Positions 18,109 through 23,496 of a DNA stretch of 23,621 nucleotides are shown here, piece after piece (positions within the stretch are counted from its first letter, which is position 1; the number at the start of each line of letters is the position of its first letter). The notes below the pieces were generated by a model. The model was given only the letters and a program-made list of their open reading frames with translations. It did no database searches and was not told where the DNA came from. A program made the translations under genes and the position numbers. Location: contig CAYPHP010000004.1 of NCBI GenBank assembly GCA_964410045.1, positions 1 through 23,621 on the forward strand. Direction: 5' to 3'. Source of the DNA: an uncultured Acidobacteriota bacterium. Lineage in GTDB: Bacteria; Acidobacteriota; Terriglobia; JAJPHL01.

Positions 18109-18186
18109 TCTCTGACCCTAACCCCTTTTTCCCCTAATCTTCTGCCACCAATCGGGAGGACGTTTCTCGCCCACCCTAGCCTGCCT
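18073..18186 (-). ncRNA. candidate ~110-nt RpoN-dependent small RNA, or attenuated leader of the receptor gene
   Basis: The predicted TSS is ~12 nt downstream of the -12 GC element (~18185) and runs to the terminator U-tract at 18073. There is no ORF. The body is purine-rich (AGGGGAAAAAGGGGUUAGGG). The boundaries are inferred, not observed. Confidence 0.3.
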
Positions 18187-18195
18187 GAAACGGGA

Positions 18196-18211
18196 GCAAT
18201 CGGCGTGCCAT
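18196..18211 (-). promoter_or_regulatory. sigma54 (RpoN) -24/-12 promoter, minus strand
   Basis: The complement of plus 18196-18211 reads TGGCAC-GCCGA-TTGCT. This matches TGGCAC-N5-TTGCW at every specified position with correct spacing. It is oriented toward the terminator at 18073-18108 and the receptor gene. Confidence 0.45.
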
Positions 18212-18376
18212 AGCCAATCTGTTGAAAACAAAGGCAGACCAGGGCTGCAACGTACAGCTTTCGGTAGACCGGCCGTGGCGCCCTTCCGTAATCCCATAGG
18301 ATGTTTTCCCGGTGGACGGGTCAACCGCGTTCGCGCTAACCTGCCGCTGAGGAGCATTTCGCCCGGAAAGGAACTC

Positions 18377-19561
18377 ATGTCCACGACTCCACTTCATTAC
18401 CTTACCGAGGAACTGAACGGACTGCGGGAGAAGGGACTCTATCAACGGCTGCGCGTGCTGGAAGGCGAGCAGCGTCCGCTGTCTTCGTTTGACGGCACTC
18501 AGGTGATTAACCTGTCCTCGAACAACTACTTGGGCTTGACCACTCATCCGCGGCTGCGGCGCGCCGCAGTGGAAGCCACGCGCCGTTTTGGCGTGGGATC
18601 GGGCGCCGTGCGCACCATCGCCGGCACCATGACCATTCACATGCAACTCGAAGAGAAGATCGCCCGCTTCAAGAACACGGAAGCTTGTGTGGTCTTCCAA
18701 TCCGGCTTCGCCGCGAACGCCGGCACAGTGTCCGCGATTTTGGGCAAGGACGACTTGATCATCTCCGACGAGCTGAATCACGCCAGCATCATCGACGGAT
18801 GCCGGTTGTCGCGCGCAGCCATCCGCGTGTTTCCGCACAAGGATGTGGCCGCTGCCGAGAAACTGCTCCAGGAGGCCCAAAGCCATCCCGGACGCAAACT
18901 CTTAATCACCGACGGCGTGTTCTCCATGGACGGGGATATCGCGCCGCTGCCGGAACTATGCGCGCTTGCGGAGCGCTACGGAGCCATCATGATGGTTGAC
19001 GATGCGCATTCCTCCGGCGTGCTGGGACGCAACGGACGCGGGTCTGTGGATCACTTCGGGATGCACGGGCGGGTCCACATCCAGGTAGGGACGTTGTCGA
19101 AAGCCATCGGCGTATTGGGCGGCTATGTTTGCGGCAGCCGCGACCTGATTGATTTTCTCTATCACCGCGCTCGCCCGTTCCTGTTCTCCACGTCTCACCC
19201 GCCCGCCGTGGCCGCGTCCTGTATGGCGGCTTTTGACGTTCTGGAGGAGGAACCTGAGCGCATCGACCGCCTGTGGAAGAACACAACTTTCCTGAAGAAG
19301 GGGTTGAACAAGCTGGGCTTCAATACCGGCATGAGCGAGACGCCCATCACCCCGGTGATCGTGGGCGACGCCGAACTGGCTCATCGCTTCTCGCGCCGGC
19401 TCTTCGAATTGGGAGTATTCGCTCAGAGCATTGGCTACCCCACGGTGGCTCCGGGCAAAGCGCGCCTTCGCACGATCGTCTCGGCCACGCATCGGAAGAA
19501 AGATCTGGAGCGGGCCATGAGCATCATGGAGCTGGTGGGCAAAGAACTGGGCATTATCTGA
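18377..19561 (+). CDS. kbl: glycine C-acetyltransferase (2-amino-3-ketobutyrate CoA ligase)
   Basis: It aligns to E. coli Kbl along its length: NNYLGL..HP, ...SGFAANAG..., ISDELNHASIIDG, LITDGVFSMDGDIAPL, MVDDAHSSGVLGRNGRGS, and the PLP-lysine region VGTLSKAIG. The start was chosen at ATG 18377 (MSTTPLHYLTEEL), preceded by GGAAAGGAA. The track start at 18275 is an upstream in-frame extension. Confidence 0.9.
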   Translation: MSTTPLHYLTEELNGLREKGLYQRLRVLEGEQRPLSSFDGTQVINLSSNNYLGLTTHPRLRRAAVEATRRFGVGSGAVRTIAGTMTIHMQLEEKIARFKNTEACVVFQSGFAANAGTVSAILGKDDLIISDELNHASIIDGCRLSRAAIRVFPHKDVAAAEKLLQEAQSHPGRKLLITDGVFSMDGDIAPLPELCALAERYGAIMMVDDAHSSGVLGRNGRGSVDHFGMHGRVHIQVGTLSKAIGVLGGYVCGSRDLIDFLYHRARPFLFSTSHPPAVAASCMAAFDVLEEEPERIDRLWKNTTFLKKGLNKLGFNTGMSETPITPVIVGDAELAHRFSRRLFELGVFAQSIGYPTVAPGKARLRTIVSATHRKKDLERAMSIMELVGKELGII

Positions 19562-19573
19562 CGCCTGCCGCGG

Positions 19574-21448
19574 TTAAGGTTTGGGCGGTGCCTTCGGAGG
19601 CTGTGGGACCTTCTTGGCGATGGAGTCGCGCATCGCCAGGCTGACCTTGTCCAAGCCTTCCTTGGCGCGCACGTTCGTGGGGTCTACCGTTAATACGGTG
19701 ATGTAGATATTCCTGGCCTCATCATAGTTGCCGGCTTCGAGCTGCTTGTCGGCCTCTTGCAGGACCTTCTTGATCTCCTCCGGCGGAATGAACCGTCCGA
19801 TCGAGCCCAGACCCTTGCCGACTGTCGCCGGCAAGGTCTGGCGGAGCTTCTCCAACTCCTTCAGCGTGTCGTAGACGCTGCGTTGCTTTGGCGGGCCCTT
19901 CTCACCTGCGCCTTTCTCCGCCGGCGTTTCGACAGGTGGTGCAGGATCCTCGACCTTTGCTGGGATCGTTTCTCGGCGCAAGTCTGCCTCCGCCCGCCGC
20001 GCCTTGTTGTACTGCCGCAGCATGAAAAAGGCGCCCACCAGGATCAGCACAATCCAGACCCGGTTCTTGCGGGCCACTGGGCGCGGCGGCGGCTCTGGCG
20101 CCGGGGGCTCAAAGGCCGGAACCGGCGGGGGCGTGGGGGGCGCGACGAATTCCAGTTTCTGCGTCAGCACCGCGCTCAGCTCATCAACAGACTGAAAGCG
20201 CCGTTCCGGATCCTTCTTCAAACAGCGCAGGACCGCCTCCTCCAGCGTCGCAGGCAGGCTGGGCTCAAGCGCCGAAGGCATCGGTGGCCGCTCGCGGATC
20301 TGTTTCAGGACCACTTCCACCAGGGTCTGGCCTTGGAAGGCCTGGGTGCCGGTGAACATCTCAAACAGGATCAGGCCCAGCGAATAGATGTCCGTACGGT
20401 GGTCCACCGGACGGCCTTCGGCCTGCTCCGGGGCCATGTAGGCCGGCGTGCCGATGATTCCATGCGTGTGGCTGGTGGCTCCATCCAGGGAGCGCGCGAT
20501 GCCAAAATCCATTAGCTTGACCACGCCGGAGCGATCCACCATGATGTTCTCCGGCTTCAAGTCGCGATGGACTACGCCCTGCGCGTGAGCTTCCTGCAAG
20601 CCCGCGCAGACCTGCTGGGCCACGCTGACGCTCAACTCCGGATTCAATTTCCCCGAACGGCGCAGCATGTCGCGCAGGCTTTCGCCGTCCACGAATTCCA
20701 TGGTGATAAAGGCCAGGTCTCCGCTGCGATTGAATTCGTGGATGCGGCAGACGTTCTTGTGGGTGATGCGGCGGGCCAGCCGCAGCTCGTTCTTGAAGCG
20801 CTCCAGCACTCCGGGATCGGCGCTCAAGCCTGACTGCAACACCTTCAAAGCCACCACTTCTCCGGTCTCGCGGTCGCGAGCCTTGTAGACCACCCCCATT
20901 CCTCCGCGCCCGACCACGTTGAGGATCTCGTAGCGCGGGGGCAGGGCGGCGGCGAGCGTGGACACCGGCACGGTCGGCGTAGGCGGGGGCGTGTCGGCGT
21001 CCATGGTCTCTCCGCCGGATTCGGCAGCCGCCCCGGCTGCGCCCATTAACTCAAAAATGTCCTCGCGCAGCCAACTGCAGGTGATGCCCTTTTCCAGGAC
21101 CACGCTGTCGCTGACCGTGCGCGAGACCAGGACCCGTCCAGAGTGCCCTTCCTGAGCCAGTTCCACCGCGGATTTCAAATCGTCGTGGATGGCCGTGCGG
21201 AAGCCGACGCGCTGCTCTTCGGGAAGCTGGAGGTTATACATCACCAGGCGGCGCTGGAATTCGACCGCGGCGCGGGCGGCCAGCGCCGGGTCGGGGAATT
21301 GCGCCGTCACCGACGCCGATTCGCCCGAACCGGTCCGCGTGACCGCGCCGCGGAACTGCTCGAAGGTTTTCGCGGCCAGATCCAAATGCCGCGCCGACGC
21401 GACGCCGGTGGCCTCACTATGAAGTGTCGTTTGGACTGCCGGATCCAT
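19574..21448 (-). CDS. Hanks-type Ser/Thr protein kinase with a ~160-aa N-terminal extra domain, a single TM and a C-terminal extracytoplasmic TPR-like segment
   Basis: The kinase motifs are intact: G-loop GRGGMGVVYKA, VALKVL lysine, HRDLKPENIM, MDFGIA and GTPAYMAPE. The domain order is unusual, with the kinase starting at ~aa 170. Further along come the Pro-rich linker, the TM VWIVLILVGAFFML, and a ~130-aa C-terminal region with a TPR-like helix pair (AGNYDEARNIYITVLTVDPTNVRAKEGL). Confidence 0.9.
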   Translation of the reverse strand: MDPAVQTTLHSEATGVASARHLDLAAKTFEQFRGAVTRTGSGESASVTAQFPDPALAARAAVEFQRRLVMYNLQLPEEQRVGFRTAIHDDLKSAVELAQEGHSGRVLVSRTVSDSVVLEKGITCSWLREDIFELMGAAGAAAESGGETMDADTPPPTPTVPVSTLAAALPPRYEILNVVGRGGMGVVYKARDRETGEVVALKVLQSGLSADPGVLERFKNELRLARRITHKNVCRIHEFNRSGDLAFITMEFVDGESLRDMLRRSGKLNPELSVSVAQQVCAGLQEAHAQGVVHRDLKPENIMVDRSGVVKLMDFGIARSLDGATSHTHGIIGTPAYMAPEQAEGRPVDHRTDIYSLGLILFEMFTGTQAFQGQTLVEVVLKQIRERPPMPSALEPSLPATLEEAVLRCLKKDPERRFQSVDELSAVLTQKLEFVAPPTPPPVPAFEPPAPEPPPRPVARKNRVWIVLILVGAFFMLRQYNKARRAEADLRRETIPAKVEDPAPPVETPAEKGAGEKGPPKQRSVYDTLKELEKLRQTLPATVGKGLGSIGRFIPPEEIKKVLQEADKQLEAGNYDEARNIYITVLTVDPTNVRAKEGLDKVSLAMRDSIAKKVPQPPKAPPKP

Positions 21449-21463
21449 TGCCCCTCTGCCCCA

Positions 21464-21691
21464 CTATTCGCCGGCCAAAGAATCAACCTGTTTCAAGAGC
21501 CGTTCAATCCGCCGGCGCACTTCGCCGCGTTCCCGTTCACTCTCCGCCAATTCCCGGCGCAACCGGGCGTTCTCCCCCTCCAGGTCCTTGCGCGCCTGGC
21601 GGGTGTCGGCCAACAAAGCCAGGGTTCGCTCGATCTTGCTCTCCAGGTTCTCAAGCTGCTCCTCCACGGAGCTAGGTGGCGTCTGGCTCAT
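21464..21691 (-). CDS. ZapB-like (DUF904-like) coiled-coil protein, 75 aa
   Basis: MSQTPPSSVEEQLENLESKIERTLALLADTRQARKDLEGENARLRRELAESERERGEVRRRIERLLKQVDSL has an N-terminal pattern EEQLE.LE.KI...L.LL like ZapB (FEKLEAKVQQAIDTITLL) and a continuous heptad coiled coil. It ends with TAG 15 nt before the kinase ATG and is in the same frame. The RBS is weak. Confidence 0.6.
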   Translation of the reverse strand: MSQTPPSSVEEQLENLESKIERTLALLADTRQARKDLEGENARLRRELAESERERGEVRRRIERLLKQVDSLAGE

Positions 21692-21816
21692 GGACTGATT
21701 CTAAACCACGTTAGCCTCAATAGACCTTGCTTATTCAAGGGTTCTGCAACGAGCCGCGACCGTCAGGGAGCGATTGCGGCAAACCTCCAAGCCCAGCCCT
21801 CGCCGGTTCAATTCGC

Positions 21817-21845
21817 TTGACAAACTTCCAGGTTTATTGTAGAAA
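21817..21845 (+). promoter_or_regulatory. sigma70-like promoter (TTGACA-17 nt-TAGAAA), plus strand
   Basis: There is a perfect -35 TTGACA (21817-21822), a 17-nt spacer and a -10 TAGAAA(T) (21840-21846), all in a locally AT-rich stretch. The predicted TSS is ~21852, about 105 nt upstream of the tRNA-like element and 480 nt upstream of the SPFH ATG. Confidence 0.4.
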
Positions 21846-21955
21846 TAATGCGGGAGTTTGTTATGTCTACGATCGCCAATCGTCGAGGTTCGAAACGCCT
21901 TGCGGGCGCGGCTTCCCTGAAGCACCGCGTGCCGGCGGTCGGAGTCTGCTCCCAC

Positions 21956-22027
21956 TCGGATATAGCTCAAGGGTTGAGCAACAGCCTGCTAAGCTGTGGT
22001 TGCGGGTTCAAATCCCGCTATCCCGAC
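21956..22027 (+). tRNA. tRNA-like element / possible pseudo-tRNA (anticodon loop of tRNA-Ser GCU but class-I architecture, bulged acceptor)
   Basis: A manual cloverleaf can be drawn. The acceptor is TCGGATA (21956-62) against TATC[C]CGA (22019-26), with one bulged C. U8-A9 are present. The D stem is GCTC/GAGC with GG in a 7-nt D-loop. The anticodon stem is ACAGC/GCTGT and the loop CUGCUAA (U33, GCU, A37). The variable loop is 4 nt. The T stem is GCGGG/CCCGC with a canonical TTCAAAT loop. No CCA is encoded. It is not a canonical tRNA-Ser because it has no long extra arm. Confidence 0.35.
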
Positions 22028-22333
22028 ACTGGCCAAAAGCCACTCCACTAAGTGAACCGAGCCCGGCTCCAGCCGGCCTGAAGCGGTTCTCTTCGGAGAG
22101 CCGCAGAGGGAAACGGCAATAGCCCCGAGGCCCTGAGTTTCCCCGAACCGCCGCACGCTTCTTCGTTTGGAGCATCCTGCGCGCGCCAGGCGCTATTCCG
22201 GCTTGGCGGCCCGCAGCCTCTCCTCCGGCGAAGACGCGGCCGTGGTTGGGGCGGCCCGCCTAGGGGTTATGGAGCTGGGTTCGGAGCACTTTGAATTTGC
22301 TGCAAGTCCTAGAGAAACAGGAGGTAATTAGCC

Positions 22334-23452
22334 ATGTTCCTGCGTCGAATTGTTGTTGGAGATCAGTCCCGAGTGCTGCTGACCCGCAATGGGCGCTTCC
22401 AGCTCATCCTGGACCCGGGTGTCTACTGGGTCTGGACGGCGGGCGCCACGGTCGAGGCCGAGACGTTCAACGTCCGCGACCTGGTGTTCGCCAGCCCGTG
22501 GGCGGACTACCTGGTGAAGGAGCGTCCGGAAGTGGTCAAGCGCTACTTCTCCGTGATCGAGACCGGCGACGCGGACGTGGCCGTGCTGTACCTGGAGGGC
22601 AAGCTGGCCCGGGTGATCCTGCCGGGCAAGCGCGTGCTCTTCTGGCGCGGTCCGCTCGCCGTGCGCGCCGAGGTGATCAACGTGCGTGAGAAGCCGGAAG
22701 TCGACAGCAAGCTGCTGCCGGCTCTGGCGCGTCTCGGCGCGGGTGTGCCGCTGGCCACCGCCGCCGTCGAGGAGGGCAAGGCCGGACTCCTGTTCGTTGA
22801 CGGCCGCTACGTTCGCGCTCTCGTGCCGGGAGCCTACGGCTTCTGGAACGCTGGAGCCGCGGTGCGCCTGGAGGTAGTGGATCTCCGCCGTCAGATCCTG
22901 GAAATTCCGGGACAGGAGATCCTCACCCGCGACAAGGTCTCCGTCCGTGTCAACGTGACGGTGGACTACCAGGTGACCGACGCGGTGAAGGCCAAGGTTG
23001 GCGTGAAGGACTTCGCCGAGCAGCTCTACCGCTCGGTGCAGCTCGCCGTGCGCCAGTCGCTGGGCCGTCGTACGCTGGAGGAAATCCTGGCGGAGAAGAC
23101 GGACATCGCCGAGCCGGTGACCGTGGAAGTCCGTCAGGAGGCGGAAGCCTACGGTGTGCGCGTGGGCGCCATCGCCCTCAAGGACATCGTCCTGCCGGGT
23201 GACGTGCGCGACATCCTGAACCAGGTGGTGACGGCCGAAAAGCAGGCTCAGGCCAACTTGATCCGCCGTCGTGAGGAGACCGCGGCCACGCGTTCGCTCC
23301 TCAACACCGCCAAGCTGCTCGAGGATAACCCGCTCCTGGTCCGTCTCAAGGAACTGGAGACCCTGGAGAAGGTGTCCGAGAAGGTGGGCAAGATCACCGT
23401 CAACGGTGGACTCGACGCCCTCCTGACGCAGCTTGTTTCTCTGCGTAAGTAA
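22334..23452 (+). CDS. SPFH/band-7 (stomatin/HflKC/slipin-like) domain protein with triplicated N-terminal module and no TM anchor
   Basis: A strong SD (AGGAGG, 9 nt, ATG) precedes the gene. The C-terminal 190 aa is a clear SPFH core plus coiled coil: ILTRDKVSVRVNVTVDYQVTD, LGRRTLEEILAEKTDIAEPV, AYGVRVGAIALKDIVLPGDVRD, then ...AEKQAQANLIRRREETAATRSL.... The N-terminal 190 aa contains three ~47-aa copies of the HflK/C-type leading motif (ge..vv.r.G+.....PG..W, then V.aE..dvR). There is no N-terminal hydrophobic helix. Confidence 0.85.
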   Translation: MFLRRIVVGDQSRVLLTRNGRFQLILDPGVYWVWTAGATVEAETFNVRDLVFASPWADYLVKERPEVVKRYFSVIETGDADVAVLYLEGKLARVILPGKRVLFWRGPLAVRAEVINVREKPEVDSKLLPALARLGAGVPLATAAVEEGKAGLLFVDGRYVRALVPGAYGFWNAGAAVRLEVVDLRRQILEIPGQEILTRDKVSVRVNVTVDYQVTDAVKAKVGVKDFAEQLYRSVQLAVRQSLGRRTLEEILAEKTDIAEPVTVEVRQEAEAYGVRVGAIALKDIVLPGDVRDILNQVVTAEKQAQANLIRRREETAATRSLLNTAKLLEDNPLLVRLKELETLEKVSEKVGKITVNGGLDALLTQLVSLRK

Positions 23453-23457
23453 GGCTG

Positions 23458-23496
23458 CCGGGCCGCGTGATACCACGCGGCCCGGCTATTTGATTT
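23458..23496 (+). terminator. Rho-independent terminator after the SPFH gene
   Basis: CCGGGCCGCGTG-atac-CACGCGGCCCGG is a 12-bp GC-rich stem 6 nt after the stop. It is followed by CTATTTGATTT. Confidence 0.65.

Noticed and set aside
18056-18240. A plus-strand small ORF (ATG 18070, ~56 codons) preceded by a textbook AAGGAGA SD at ideal spacing.
   Set aside because: Its product (MPAKQNRPRCRGLSLTLTPFSPNLLPPIGRTF...) is Pro/Leu-rich with no protein-like periodicity. The same DNA on the other strand is the U-tract and terminator of the sigma54-bracketed transcript. The SD is probably fortuitous (the complement of a polypyrimidine run). It is worth a ribosome-profiling look but is not called.
17884-18376. 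A cobalamin or other known riboswitch in the leader of the TonB-dependent receptor.
   Set aside because: No B12 box (GCCACUG, or its complement CAGTGGC on the plus strand) is present. I found no TPP (CUGAGA) or other riboswitch core motif by eye. This can be checked properly with Rfam/Infernal.
21848-22051. A plus-strand 67-aa ORF (and a 62-aa version from ATG 21863 with GGGAG 6 nt upstream) spanning the tRNA-like element.
   Set aside because: The first ATG would sit at or upstream of the predicted TSS. The translation (…SHSDIAQGLSNSLLSCGCGFKSRYPDTGQKPLH) simply reads through the tRNA-like cloverleaf. The RNA structure explains the sequence better than coding potential does.
21900-22200. tmRNA, RNase P RNA, SRP RNA or 6S RNA as explanations for the tRNA-like and structured region.
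   Set aside because: A tmRNA tRNA-like domain lacks a contiguous D-arm and anticodon arm, and both are present here. I found no GGGG 5' end, no tag-peptide ORF ending ...ALAA, and no RNase P P4 (AGGAAAGUCCGGGCUCC) or SRP domain IV motifs. GCCCGGCUCC at 22055-22064 resembles P4 only superficially.
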